DNA from: an uncultured Clostridia bacterium
GTDB lineage: Bacteria > Bacillota > Clostridia > TANB77 > CAG-508
Length of the DNA: 64,000 nt
Assembly (NCBI GenBank): GCA_963558405.1
Contig: CAUWGC010000001.1
Location: 32,001 to 96,000, forward strand
Direction of reading: 5' to 3'
Part shown: piece after piece, positions 11,083 to 21,593 of the stretch
Position numbering within the stretch: position 1 is the stretch's first letter
Layout of the letters: every line of letters begins with the position of its first letter
Program-made: the position numbers and the translations under genes
Notes under the pieces: model-generated
Database searches by the model: none
Told to the model about the DNA's origin: nothing
The model's input: only the letters and a program-made list of their open reading frames with translations

Positions 11083-11109
11083 ACTAAAAATCAAGAAGGG
11101 AGAAATATT

Positions 11110-12927
11110 GTGAGTAAAGATAAAGAAAAACAAAAAAATAATAAGCAAAAAAAGCAAGACACAATATTTTATATTGTTGTTACCTCAATTATATTAGTAC
11201 TATTAATAACAATAGGAATAGCTTATTTTATAACACAAAAGACAGAAAAAGAAGATACAAAAATTCTTGGATATACAGAGCTAATAAAATATATAAATGA
11301 AAACAAAGTAGAAAAAATAGAAATGACAGTAGGAAGTACTTCAGCAAAAATAAAATTAAAAGACGAAGAAGAGGAAAAAAGAACTATTGTACCAAATACA
11401 CAAGCATTTATGGAATTAATACACGAAAAAATGGCAGAAGGTATAGAAATTGATTTAGTTCAAAAACCGGAAAGCGTATTGTTAAGTATTCCAAGAGGAT
11501 TGTTTACTATTCTACCTACACTTATTTTAGTAATATTAATTATCCTAATAGTAAAAATGCAAGGATTAGGAGACAATGGAAAAGTATATGAGCCAGAAGA
11601 AGGAAAAGTAAAAGTTACATTTAAAGATGTAGCTGGTTTGGAAGAAGAAAAAAATGAATTAGTAGAAATTGTAGACTTTTTAAAAAGACCAGAAAAATTT
11701 CATCAAATGGGTGCAAAAACACCAAGAGGAATACTTCTTTGTGGAAAACCCGGTACAGGAAAAACTTTAATTGCAAAAGCAATAGCAGGTGAAGCAAATG
11801 TACCATTTATTTCTATGAGTGGTTCAGAATTTATAGAAATGTTTGCAGGACTTGGAGCATCACGTGTTCGTAAATTATTTGATAAAGCAAGAAAAGTATC
11901 ACCATGTATTATATTTATTGATGAAATAGATGCAATAGGCGCAAGACGAACTGCAGCAAGTGGAGCAGAAACAGAAAATAATCAAACATTAAATCAATTA
12001 TTAGTAGAAATGGATGGATTTGATACAGATGATACTATTATTGTACTTGCAGCAACTAACAGACCAGAAATGTTAGATAAAGCACTATTAAGACCAGGAC
12101 GTTTTGATAGACAAATTGTTATTGCACCACCAGATTTAAAAGGTAGAGAAGAGATTTTAAAAATACATGCAAAAGACAAAAAAATTGCAGAAAATCTTTC
12201 TTTAAAATCTATTGCAGAAGATACAGCAGGTTTTACTGGAGCAGAGCTTGCCAATGTTTTAAATGAAGCAGCAATTATTGCAACAATAAATAAGCATGAG
12301 GCAATAGATAAAAATGATTTGGAAGAAGCGGTAAGAAAAGTAACAGTTGGACTAGAAAAAAAATCTAGAGTAATTTCTGATAAAGATAAAAAATTAACAG
12401 CATATCATGAAGCTGGACATGCTATTGTTAGTTACTTTTTAGATACACAAACAAGTGTAAAAGAAATATCCATTATACCAAGAGGTGTAGCAGGTGGATA
12501 TACTATGTATAAAAATGATGAAGATAAATTTTATGTTTCTAAAACAGAAATGGAAGAAAGACTAGTAGCTTTACTAGGTGGAAGAGCTGCAGAAAAAATA
12601 GCATTAAATGATATTTCAACAGGAGCAAGTAATGATATTCAAGTTGCAACTAAGATTGCAAGAGAAATGATTACGGTATATGGAATGAGTGATACATTAG
12701 GACCTATTTGGGTAGGAGTAGAAGACAACCCATATGAATTAGAATTTTATGGCGAAAATATTGGGGATCAAATTGGTTCTGAAGTTAAAAGATTAATTGA
12801 TACAGCATACTTAAAAGCACAAACAATTTTGGCAGAAAATAGGGATAAACTAGAAGAAGTTGCACAGGTATTAGTTGAAAAAGAAAAGATAACAGAAGAA
12901 GAATTTGAAAATTTCTTTAAAATGTAG
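11110..12927 (+). CDS. ftsH: ATP-dependent zinc metalloprotease FtsH
   Basis: Two TMs, GKPGTGKT, DEIDA, SRH ALLRPGRFDR, HEAGH. Confidence 0.98.
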   Translation: MSKDKEKQKNNKQKKQDTIFYIVVTSIILVLLITIGIAYFITQKTEKEDTKILGYTELIKYINENKVEKIEMTVGSTSAKIKLKDEEEEKRTIVPNTQAFMELIHEKMAEGIEIDLVQKPESVLLSIPRGLFTILPTLILVILIILIVKMQGLGDNGKVYEPEEGKVKVTFKDVAGLEEEKNELVEIVDFLKRPEKFHQMGAKTPRGILLCGKPGTGKTLIAKAIAGEANVPFISMSGSEFIEMFAGLGASRVRKLFDKARKVSPCIIFIDEIDAIGARRTAASGAETENNQTLNQLLVEMDGFDTDDTIIVLAATNRPEMLDKALLRPGRFDRQIVIAPPDLKGREEILKIHAKDKKIAENLSLKSIAEDTAGFTGAELANVLNEAAIIATINKHEAIDKNDLEEAVRKVTVGLEKKSRVISDKDKKLTAYHEAGHAIVSYFLDTQTSVKEISIIPRGVAGGYTMYKNDEDKFYVSKTEMEERLVALLGGRAAEKIALNDISTGASNDIQVATKIAREMITVYGMSDTLGPIWVGVEDNPYELEFYGENIGDQIGSEVKRLIDTAYLKAQTILAENRDKLEEVAQVLVEKEKITEEEFENFFKM

Positions 12928-12965
12928 TATAATATATATACTCTACATAGAAAGGAGTTTTCTCG

Positions 12966-13134
12966 ATGAAAGAAAACAAAGACAACAAAGGCATTAAGGA
13001 AAACACAAAAGTAAGCACCTCTAAAGAGAATATTAGGACCACAAACTACAGAAGGTATGTCAATGGTATTATATTTAGAGGAATGCGTAATTTGCCTGGG
13101 AACGACCGGTAGAAAACCAAAAGCGGTGGCTTAG
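12966..13134 (+). CDS. Unannotated small protein; the 0 frame ends CGG-TAG (13107-13112), and +1 reading extends it with GRKPKAVA to TAG 13134
   Basis: AGAAAGGAG RBS before ATG 12966; reads MKENKDNKGIKENTKVSTSKENIRTTNYRRYVNGIIFRGMRNLPGND then CGG. Confidence 0.5.
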
Positions 13135-13152
13135 TTGCCACCGTCTTTTTTT
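13120..13152. terminator. Bidirectional terminator between convergent genes
   Basis: CGGTGGC/GCCACCG stem with A and T flanks. Confidence 0.7.
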
Positions 13153-14015
13153 AAGATGAATTTTTTATTATTCAAATAATTTAGCATTTTTTTATCAGAC
13201 TTAAAATGAAATTGCAAAGAATAACTCACTAATTGTTGACTATTAAAAGAAAATTTTTTATTAATTTCATTTTTTCCATATTTTCCATCACCTAAAATAG
13301 GATATCCAATATGTGCAAGGTGTGCTCTAATTTGATGAGTTCTACCAGTTTCTAAAGTAACGTCTAAAACAGAAGTATTATTTTTAGTATCTTTTTTTAA
13401 TATTTTATATAAAGTAATAATTTTTTGATAACCCTTTTTTGGAGTATCAGAAATAATTACAGTAGATTTTTTACTGTCTTTAAATAAATATGCAATAAGT
13501 TTATCTTGTTCTTTTAAAGGAATACCATAAACAGTAGCAAGATAATGCTTTTCAATTTCGTGCATTTTAAAGCAATCTAATAAAATATCAAGTGATGGCT
13601 TATTTTTTGCATATAAAATCAAACCAGATGTATTTCTATCTAAACGGTGGCATGGCTCTGGAAAGGAAGAAGTGTTTTGATATTGTGATTTAATCCATGA
13701 TGTAAAAGAATTATCACCTTGTACTTCAATCCCGCTAGGCTTATTCAAAACTAATATATTATCATCTTCATAAATAGTTAAAGAAGAAAGAGTATATGGA
13801 AAATTTTTTTCAAAACAAGAATCTGGTAAATAAATAGAAACATCATCACCTTCTTGTAAGATTAAATTTTCATGAACTCTTTTACCGTTTATTTTAACAT
13901 CCTTTTTACGAAGAGCCTTTTGCAAATTAGAAAAAGAAAGCTCTGGAAAACGAGCAAGTATAACAGTATTTAATTTTTTTCCATTTTCATTAATATTTAC
14001 AACAAAATTTTTCAT
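13131..14015 (-). CDS. RluA-family pseudouridine synthase
   Basis: S4-like N-terminus, NKPSG, HRLDRNTSG, TGRTHQIRAHL, GDGKYG. Confidence 0.95.
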   Translation of the reverse strand: MKNFVVNINENGKKLNTVILARFPELSFSNLQKALRKKDVKINGKRVHENLILQEGDDVSIYLPDSCFEKNFPYTLSSLTIYEDDNILVLNKPSGIEVQGDNSFTSWIKSQYQNTSSFPEPCHRLDRNTSGLILYAKNKPSLDILLDCFKMHEIEKHYLATVYGIPLKEQDKLIAYLFKDSKKSTVIISDTPKKGYQKIITLYKILKKDTKNNTSVLDVTLETGRTHQIRAHLAHIGYPILGDGKYGKNEINKKFSFNSQQLVSYSLQFHFKSDKKMLNYLNNKKFILKKDGGN

Positions 14016-14134
14016 GAGTATATTGTAACATATATTGTGTGAATTGAAAAGTAAGGATAGATAAATCTTTATTTTGACAAATCCACTTTTTTGATGTAAA
14101 ATCAGCTAGAAGTTTCATTTAAGGAGGAAATAAA

Positions 14135-14800
14135 ATGGATTCTTTAAAAATTGAATGTTTATATTCATTGGAGGAAACTATAGCAAAGGAATTGTTAGAA
14201 AGATATACGTATCCATGGGAAGTTTTACCTCATATTGGAGAATATATTTTAGAATTAGGTAATAAGCTTCCAAAGGACGAATATGAAAAAATTGGAGAGG
14301 ATGTGTGGGTTGCAAAGTCTGCTAAGGTTGCTCCAACTGCTTTTATTAATGGCCCTGCTATTATTTGTAAAGATGCAGAGGTTCGTCATTGTGCGTTTAT
14401 ACGTGGAAAAGCTATTGTTGGTGAGGGTGCAGTTGTAGGAAATTCTACAGAACTTAAGAATGTAATATTATTTAATAAAGTGCAAGTGCCACATTATAAT
14501 TATGTTGGTGATTCAATTTTAGGATATAAAGCACATATGGGGGCTGGAAGTATTACTTCTAATGTTAAATCTGATAAAAAATTGGTTACTATATCTGGTT
14601 TAGATAAAAAAATAGAAACCGGTTTAAAGAAAATGGGGGCAATGCTTGGAGATTGTGTAGAAGTTGGTTGTAATACGGTTATGAATCCAGGAACTGTTAT
14701 TGGTAAAAATACTAATATTTATCCTTTATCTATGGTTAGAGGATTTGTTAAAGAAAATAGTATTTATAAAAAACAAGGAGAAATAGTAGAAAAAGTATAA
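14135..14800 (+). CDS. Left-handed beta-helix acyltransferase (GlmU C-terminal-like)
   Basis: Hexapeptide repeats, HYNYVGDSILG, GAGSITSN. Confidence 0.85.
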   Translation: MDSLKIECLYSLEETIAKELLERYTYPWEVLPHIGEYILELGNKLPKDEYEKIGEDVWVAKSAKVAPTAFINGPAIICKDAEVRHCAFIRGKAIVGEGAVVGNSTELKNVILFNKVQVPHYNYVGDSILGYKAHMGAGSITSNVKSDKKLVTISGLDKKIETGLKKMGAMLGDCVEVGCNTVMNPGTVIGKNTNIYPLSMVRGFVKENSIYKKQGEIVEKV

Positions 14801-14805
14801 AATAA

Positions 14806-14836
14806 AAAAGGGGAGGTATGTAAGATACCTCCTTTT
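14806..14836. terminator. Bidirectional terminator
   Basis: GGAGGTAT/ATACCTCC stem flanked by A and T runs, between convergent genes. Confidence 0.75.
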
Positions 14837-14844
14837 GCTTTAGA

Positions 14845-14976
14845 TTAGCAGCAAGATCTACCGCATCCTCCAAAACCGTTACCACAGCAACAGAATAAAA
14901 CTAATAAGATTATAATCCAAGTGCAGCAGTCTCCACCGAAACCGCATCCACAGTTACAACATCTATTTTCTTGCAT
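14845..14976 (-). CDS. 43-aa Cys/Gly-rich single-TM protein (YjcZ-like spore peptide), not in the ORF track
   Basis: MQENRCCNCGCGFGGDCCTWIIILLVLFCCCGNGFGGCGRSCC; AAAGGGGGG RBS. Confidence 0.85.
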   Translation of the reverse strand: MQENRCCNCGCGFGGDCCTWIIILLVLFCCCGNGFGGCGRSCC

Positions 14977-15027
14977 AATATTTCCCCCCTTTCTAAAAAC
15001 CAAAATTATTTTGTTTGTTGGGAAAGA

Positions 15028-15159
15028 TTAACAACCACATCCACATCCGTTGTTGTTGTTGTCACATCCACAAGCATTTCTGCCACATCCACAGCAGAAA
15101 AGAAGTAAAAATAGGATGATGAACCAAAGAATCTCACCGTTACCACAACAATTTCCCAT
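15028..15159 (-). CDS. 43-aa Cys/Gly-rich single-TM protein (paralog), not in the ORF track
   Basis: MGNCCGNGEILWFIILFLLLFCCGCGRNACGCDNNNNGCGCGC; GGGAGGT RBS. Confidence 0.85.
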   Translation of the reverse strand: MGNCCGNGEILWFIILFLLLFCCGCGRNACGCDNNNNGCGCGC

Positions 15160-15397
15160 AATAAATACCTCCCTCTAAAGAACTTTTTGTTTTTGTTTTG
15201 TTCTTTTGTATGGTATATCTTATTCTAAAATATAAAAAGTGTTACAGTTATGACAAAGAGTATTTTATAAAAATTAAATAACAAATTTATAAATTTATTA
15301 AAAATTAAAAAAACTCTATGCAAAATAGAAAGTTTAATGATATAATTTGCGTAAAAGAATGGATTATATGAGTAAAAATTAGGAGGAAAAGTATAAA

Positions 15398-17599
15398 ATG
15401 GGAAATGTAGTCCTTTTGGATGATTTGACAATAAATAAAATTGCAGCAGGAGAGGTAATTGAAAGACCTGCTTCTGTTATTAAAGAAATGGTGGAAAATT
15501 CTATTGATGCCGGTGCAACTAATATTTCTGTAGAAATTAAAAATGGTGGAATTTCATATATTAGAATTAATGACAATGGAAAAGGTATTATGCAAGAAGA
15601 CATGGAGCTTTGTTTTGAAAGACATGCTACAAGTAAAATAAGAAAAGCAGAAGATTTAGAAACTGTAAAATCTATGGGGTTTAGAGGAGAAGCTTTGGCA
15701 AGTATTGCTGCAATAGCACATGTAGAAATGATTTCTAAAACAAAAGATGCAGAAACAGGTTTTAAAATTGTTATAAAAGCTGGAAAAGTGCTAGAAAAAG
15801 AAGAAGTTGGATGCCCTGTTGGGACAAGTATTACTGTTACAAATTTATTTTTTAATACACCAGTTCGTTATAAATTTTTAAAAAAAGATTTTACAGAAGC
15901 GGGATATATAGAAGATGCTATTACAAGATTAGCGTTAGTAAATCCAAATATTGCAATAAAATTAATAAATACAGGTAAAACAGTAATTTCAACTAATGGT
16001 ACAGGAAATTTAAAAAATGTTATATATGCTATTTATGGAAAAGAAATTGCAGAAAAAGTATTGGATGTAGATTATGAATATGAAAACATAAGAATAAAAG
16101 GAGTAGTGGGTAAACCAGAAATTTCTAGGTCTAACCGTTCTAATCAGTTATTTTTTGTTAACAAAAGATACATAAAAGATAAAGGGTTAACAGCAGCCGC
16201 TGAACAGGCTTTTAAAGGTTTAATTACAATTGGAAAGTATGGTTTTTTAGTCCTTAATATAGATATGGACCCATCTAAAGTGGATGTAAATGTACATCCT
16301 GCTAAATTGGAAGTAAGGTTTGAAGAAGAATCAAAAGTTTTTAAAGCTGTTTATCATGCAATACATGATGTTTTATTAAAAGGAGATTTGGTAGCTACAC
16401 CAGAAAGAGATTATACAGCTGTATTAGAGAAAAAGGAAATACCAGAGGTAAATAAAGATATAAATAACCTTTTTGCAAAAGCAGATGTAGCAGATGAGGT
16501 AAAAGAAAAAACAAGTCCATTTAGCTTTTTAAAGAAAAAAGAAAGTTTTGATATAGAAGAAAAAAATAATCCAATTGCAGATATTTATCAAAATAAATAT
16601 TCTGCAATAGAGAAAAAAGAAGAAACAAATTTAAAACCAAACATGCAAACACATGAAGATATTATTAAACATATTGCTAAGTTACAACAAGAAATAGAAC
16701 AAAGTAAGCAAGATAAAGTAAATAGTGATATACCAGAAATAAAAGAAGAAACAAACAAGTCTGAAAATGACAATCCTGTAAATGAAGAACAAGATAAAAC
16801 ACAAAAAATTGAAATGTCAGAACTTATAAATAAATTAAAACAAGAAGAAGTAGCAGGACAAGCAAATCAAGGTTTTGATGAAATGTATTTACAAATATTT
16901 GGAAAGTTACCACCAAAAGAAGAAGAAAAAAAGGAAGAAGAACCAAGTGTAGTAGATACATTAAAAATGGATGATGGTAAAAATCTTAGTTTATTTGAAG
17001 AAAAAGAAGTATATCAGGCACCAAAATATAAGTTTATTGGAATTGCTTTTTCTACATATATAATTTTAGAAATGGATAAAGAATTATATATTTTAGATCA
17101 ACATGCAGCTCATGAGAGAATTTTATATGAGAAAATAAAAAGTAATTATTATAGTGATAATGGTGAAAAAGATTCACAACTTATGTTACTTCCAGATATT
17201 ATAAATCTTAGCCATAAAGAAATGGATATAGCAAAAGATAATATGGAAATGTTTGAAAAAGCAGGATTTATGCTAGAAGAGTTTGGTGAAAATACAATCA
17301 AGTTAACCGGAGTACCAAATGTATGTATTAATTTAGATACTAAAGAACTATTTTTAGAAACTTTAGACGAAATTAACACAGTAGCAAGAACTGCAAAACA
17401 AGAAATTGAAGAAAGATTTATTGCAACAGTTGCATGCAAAGCAGCGGTAAAAGCTAATATGGCACTTACAGAGGAAGAGGTTGACAGCTTAATGGTAGAG
17501 TTATTAAAACTTCCAAATCCATTTACTTGTCCACATGGAAGACCAACTGCTATAAAAATGTCAAAATATGATATCGAAAGAAAATTTTCAAGAAAGTAG
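15398..17599 (+). CDS. mutL: DNA mismatch repair endonuclease MutL
   Basis: IAAGEVIERP, GFRGEAL, DVNVHPAK, DQHAAHERILYE, CPHGRP. Confidence 0.98.
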   Translation: MGNVVLLDDLTINKIAAGEVIERPASVIKEMVENSIDAGATNISVEIKNGGISYIRINDNGKGIMQEDMELCFERHATSKIRKAEDLETVKSMGFRGEALASIAAIAHVEMISKTKDAETGFKIVIKAGKVLEKEEVGCPVGTSITVTNLFFNTPVRYKFLKKDFTEAGYIEDAITRLALVNPNIAIKLINTGKTVISTNGTGNLKNVIYAIYGKEIAEKVLDVDYEYENIRIKGVVGKPEISRSNRSNQLFFVNKRYIKDKGLTAAAEQAFKGLITIGKYGFLVLNIDMDPSKVDVNVHPAKLEVRFEEESKVFKAVYHAIHDVLLKGDLVATPERDYTAVLEKKEIPEVNKDINNLFAKADVADEVKEKTSPFSFLKKKESFDIEEKNNPIADIYQNKYSAIEKKEETNLKPNMQTHEDIIKHIAKLQQEIEQSKQDKVNSDIPEIKEETNKSENDNPVNEEQDKTQKIEMSELINKLKQEEVAGQANQGFDEMYLQIFGKLPPKEEEKKEEEPSVVDTLKMDDGKNLSLFEEKEVYQAPKYKFIGIAFSTYIILEMDKELYILDQHAAHERILYEKIKSNYYSDNGEKDSQLMLLPDIINLSHKEMDIAKDNMEMFEKAGFMLEEFGENTIKLTGVPNVCINLDTKELFLETLDEINTVARTAKQEIEERFIATVACKAAVKANMALTEEEVDSLMVELLKLPNPFTCPHGRPTAIKMSKYDIERKFSRK

Positions 17600-17609
17600 G
17601 GGAAAATAA

Positions 17610-18053
17610 ATGATTTTTTTCATTTTATTTATAATTGTTATTCATATAATATTAATTTTAGCTACTTATTATAACTTAAGTTCAATAGCTAAAAAAGAAA
17701 AAATAATGTTTATACTAATTGGAATAGGGATTATGTACTTTTTATCTACAATTTTGTTTGCAATTACAGATATAGGAATAGACTATGGAAATGAACAAGC
17801 AAAAGAGATGGTAAGTAATTTATTAACCTTTACTTTTGTACCAATTAATGGAATAATAGTATTGCCATATTTAGCATCAAATTACAACAAGTATAAAGCA
17901 AAAATAATAGATGCAGATAAATTTAAAAAAAGAATTATTACACTAGCTGTTATTTTTGTTATTTTCTTTATATTTGAATTTGTATATATGAAGGGAATTA
18001 AATTAAATATGTTAGAAATGGCAGAACAATTAAATAAAAATATGGGAAGTTGA
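17610..18053 (+). CDS. Hypothetical 4-TM membrane protein
   Basis: Four hydrophobic segments; tightly spaced between mutL and miaA. Confidence 0.75.
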   Translation: MIFFILFIIVIHIILILATYYNLSSIAKKEKIMFILIGIGIMYFLSTILFAITDIGIDYGNEQAKEMVSNLLTFTFVPINGIIVLPYLASNYNKYKAKIIDADKFKKRIITLAVIFVIFFIFEFVYMKGIKLNMLEMAEQLNKNMGS

Positions 18054-18057
18054 TAAA

Positions 18058-18972
18058 ATGCAAAAAGTAATAGTAATAGGAGGACCAACAGCCTCAGGAA
18101 AAACAGGACTTGGTATAGAACTTGCAAAAAGAATAAAAGGAGAAATTATTTCTGCAGATTCTATGCAAATATATAAAAAAATGGATATAGGAACAGCAAA
18201 GCCTACTATAGAGGAAATGCAAGGGATTAAACATCATTTAATAGATTTTGTTGAGCCAAATCAAAGGTATAGTGTAGCAGATTTTAAAAAAGATGCAATA
18301 AAAAAAATTGAAGAAATTTTACAAAATGGAAATGTACCTATTGTAGTAGGTGGAACTGGATTATATATTAATTCTCTTATATATGGTATTGATTATCCAG
18401 AAATAGAATTAGATGAAGAATACAGAGCTTTTTTAGAAAATTGTGTAAAAGAACAAGGATTAGATAATTTATATAAAAAAGCAGTAGAAATAGATCCAGA
18501 AGCAATGAAAAGTATTAGTCCAAATGATAAAAAAAGAATATTAAGAGTGTTAGAAATTTATCATCAAACAGGAAAAACAAAAACAATGCAAGAAATTGAA
18601 TCAAGAGCAGGAGGAATTCCATACGATTATCATGTTTTTTGTATTGATATGGATAGAGAAAAATTATATGACAGAATAAACCAAAGAGTAGATGAAATGA
18701 TAAAAAATGGATTAATAGATGAAGTTGAAAGTCTATTAAAAGAATACAAAGAATTCCCAACAGCTATGCAAGGTCTAGGATATAAAGAAGTTGTATGGTA
18801 TTTACAAAATAAAATTACAAAAGAAGAAATGATTGAAAAAATAAAAATGGAAACAAGAAGATATGCAAAAAGACAGCTTACATGGTTTAGAAAAAATAAG
18901 CAAACTATATGGCTAGATGGTCTAAAGTCAAAACAAGAAAATATCTCTATTATTTTGGAGGAAATAAAGTGA
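18058..18972 (+). CDS. miaA: tRNA dimethylallyltransferase
   Basis: GPTASGKT, DSMQIY, GGTGLY, TRRYAKRQLTW. Confidence 0.98.
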   Translation: MQKVIVIGGPTASGKTGLGIELAKRIKGEIISADSMQIYKKMDIGTAKPTIEEMQGIKHHLIDFVEPNQRYSVADFKKDAIKKIEEILQNGNVPIVVGGTGLYINSLIYGIDYPEIELDEEYRAFLENCVKEQGLDNLYKKAVEIDPEAMKSISPNDKKRILRVLEIYHQTGKTKTMQEIESRAGGIPYDYHVFCIDMDREKLYDRINQRVDEMIKNGLIDEVESLLKEYKEFPTAMQGLGYKEVVWYLQNKITKEEMIEKIKMETRRYAKRQLTWFRKNKQTIWLDGLKSKQENISIILEEIK

Positions 18973-20285
18973 AAAAAAAGCAGGATAAAAATTTAGCTAA
19001 TGAAATTCAAGAAAAAGAACAAATTAATCAAAAATTAAATAATAAAAGAAAAATAAATCCAAAAAAAATAATAGTTTTTGGTTTATTTATAGTGCTTGTT
19101 TTAGCTATTCTTATTGTTATTGGAATTGCAATTATAAAATTAATAAAAAATCCTACAGATACTTTTGTAGTAGAAAATGGAACAATTTCGTTAGAAGAAA
19201 ATGTTACTGGATATATTTTAAGAGATGAAACTGTTGTAAAAGGGCAAAACTACAAAAATGGAATGGAAAAACTAAAAGCAGAGGGAGAAAAAGTTGCAAA
19301 AGGTGAATCTATTTTTAGATATTATACATCTGGTGAAGAAGATTTAAAAAAGAAAATAGCAGAGCTTGATGTTAAACTTCAAGAAGCTTTAGCTAATCAA
19401 AATGATTTATTACCAAATGATACAAAATCTATAGAAAAACAGATAGATTCTAAACTAGATGAATTATATCAAGTAAATGATATTCAAAAAATAAAAGAAT
19501 ATAAAAAGGATATAAATACATATATTACAAAAAAAGCAAAGATGGTAGGAGAATTAAGTCCATCAGGCTCATATATTAGAAGTTTAATAGATAAGAGAAA
19601 TCAATATGCTACACAACTAAATTCAGGTTCGGAATATATTAGTGCTCCACAAAGCGGAGTTGTTTCTTACCGTGTTGACGGATTAGAAGAAATATTATCT
19701 GTAAAAGATCAAGATTTTAGTTATTTAAGTGCTGAGACATTAGAAAATTTAGATTTAAAAACAGGACAAATAATATCAACAAGCGAAGAAGCGGGAAAGG
19801 TTATTAATAATTTTAGATGCTATATTGCTACAATTTTATGTTCAGATGCTGCAAAAGAAGCAAAAGTAGGAGATAATGTTACAATAAGATTAGCTTCTTC
19901 AAAAGAGGTAGAAGCGTCTATAGAATATATAACAGAAGAAGATGATTGTAGATTAATTGTATTTTCAATAGAAAGTCAAGTAGAAGAATTAATTAATTAT
20001 CGAAAAATATCGTTTGATGTAATATGGTGGAGATATACAGGACTAAAAGTGCCAAATTCTGCTATTATTTATGAAAATGATTTAGCATATGTAGTTAGAA
20101 ATAGAGTAGGATATTTAGACAAATTATTGGTAAAAGTAAAAAAACAAAATGATAAATATTCTCTTGTTACAAACTATGAACCAAAGGAATTAAAAGAGTT
20201 AGGAGTAAACTATAGTAGTACCAAAAAGATTTCTTTGTATGATGAAATTTTAATAAAACCAGATTTAAATAAAACATTTCAATAA
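18969..20285 (+). CDS. HlyD-like membrane-fusion family protein (clostridial, upstream of sepF)
   Basis: GTG start after GGAGG; N-terminal TM, coiled coil, SAPQSGVVSYRVDGLE. Confidence 0.75.
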   Translation: MKKKQDKNLANEIQEKEQINQKLNNKRKINPKKIIVFGLFIVLVLAILIVIGIAIIKLIKNPTDTFVVENGTISLEENVTGYILRDETVVKGQNYKNGMEKLKAEGEKVAKGESIFRYYTSGEEDLKKKIAELDVKLQEALANQNDLLPNDTKSIEKQIDSKLDELYQVNDIQKIKEYKKDINTYITKKAKMVGELSPSGSYIRSLIDKRNQYATQLNSGSEYISAPQSGVVSYRVDGLEEILSVKDQDFSYLSAETLENLDLKTGQIISTSEEAGKVINNFRCYIATILCSDAAKEAKVGDNVTIRLASSKEVEASIEYITEEDDCRLIVFSIESQVEELINYRKISFDVIWWRYTGLKVPNSAIIYENDLAYVVRNRVGYLDKLLVKVKKQNDKYSLVTNYEPKELKELGVNYSSTKKISLYDEILIKPDLNKTFQ

Positions 20286-20415
20286 ATGTTACAAAAATAT
20301 TACAAAGCTTTTAAGTTTTTATTACAATAGGCAAAACTATTGACAAAATTATAAAAAAGTTAGATACTATACAAAGAAAATACCAAGGAGAAGAAAATTA
20401 GGAGGTTTTTTAAAG

Positions 20416-20889
20416 ATGTCAGGAGCAATTATGAATAAAGTTTGGGATTTATTTGGAATGGACACAGCAGAAGAAAGAGAAGAAGAAAACGAGTTAGATT
20501 ATGATATAGATACAGAAGATGAAGAAGCTGGAGAAGAAAGAAAATTCTTTGGAAGAAAAAATAAAGTGGTAGCAATGCCACAAACACAACAAATTAAAAT
20601 GGTAATATCACAACCAACTACTTTTGAACAATCAGAAAGTATTTGTGACTTATTAAAAGAAAAAAAGGCAGTTATTGTAAATTTAGAATATGTAAATAAA
20701 GACATTGCAAGAAGAATTGTAGATGTTGTAAGTGGTGCTGTTCATGCACTTGATGGACATATCCAAAAAGTATCAAATTCTATATTTTTAATTGCACCTT
20801 CTACATATGATATTACAAACGAAATGGCAAGAGAAGAAATAAAAAATAAGCTTTCTGTATCTTGGTTAAGAAACAACAATAACCAATAG
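20416..20889 (+). CDS. sepF: Cell division protein SepF
   Basis: Acidic linker; VIVNLE, ARRIVDVVSGAVHALDG, IFLIAP. Confidence 0.93.
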   Translation: MSGAIMNKVWDLFGMDTAEEREEENELDYDIDTEDEEAGEERKFFGRKNKVVAMPQTQQIKMVISQPTTFEQSESICDLLKEKKAVIVNLEYVNKDIARRIVDVVSGAVHALDGHIQKVSNSIFLIAPSTYDITNEMAREEIKNKLSVSWLRNNNNQ

Positions 20890-20911
20890 AAAGACTTAAG
20901 GGGGAAATTTA

Positions 20912-21364
20912 ATGCTTACACCATTAGACATAGAAAATAAAAAATTTTCAAAACAAATGATGAATGGATACAACGTAGACGAAGTAGATGATTTCTTAGA
21001 TGAATTAACTGTAGACTATGAAAAAATGTACAAAGAATCTACAGAACAAAAAACTAAAATTGATGCTCTAGAAAAAGACTTATTACATTATAAAACAATA
21101 GAAGATACTCTTCAAAATACATTATTAATGGCACAATCTACTGCTGAAGAAGTAAAAGAAGTTGCAAGACAACAAGCAGAACAAATTATAAAAGAAGCAG
21201 AAGGAAACGCCAGAAAATCAGTTGACGACTTAGGACAAGAAATATTAATGAAGAAAAAAGAATTAGAAGATATTCAAAAACAATTTGATATATACAAAGC
21301 AAAAATGGAATCTCTTTTAATATCTCAATTAGAATTATTAAAAGATATAAACAAAGAAAACTAG
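20912..21364 (+). CDS. divIVA: DivIVA domain protein
   Basis: MLTPLDIENKKF..GYNVDEVDDFLD followed by a coiled coil. Confidence 0.93.
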   Translation: MLTPLDIENKKFSKQMMNGYNVDEVDDFLDELTVDYEKMYKESTEQKTKIDALEKDLLHYKTIEDTLQNTLLMAQSTAEEVKEVARQQAEQIIKEAEGNARKSVDDLGQEILMKKKELEDIQKQFDIYKAKMESLLISQLELLKDINKEN

Positions 21365-21429
21365 TTAAATTAAATAGCACTTTTATGTGCTATTTTTGTA
21401 ATATATGGAAATGTGAAATGTCGTTCTTA

Positions 21430-21540
21430 TTAATTTATAAAACGGTAGATAAAAATAAGACTTGGAAAAATGTGAAAAAAATTGAAAAAACACATGGAAT
21501 TTTGTGATAAAACCATTAAATAGTATCGAAATTTTGTGAT
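21430..21540 (+). repeat. Copy 1 of a ~110-bp intergenic direct repeat
   Basis: TTAATTTATAAAAC...CTTGGAAAAATGTGAAAAAA...CACATGGAATTTTGTGATAAAA...AATTTTGTGAT; matches 22131-22241. Confidence 0.85.
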
Positions 21541-21593
21541 TTTAGTTATATAAAATTAAGATTTAATGTATATAAAAAATAAAAGGGGAAAGA

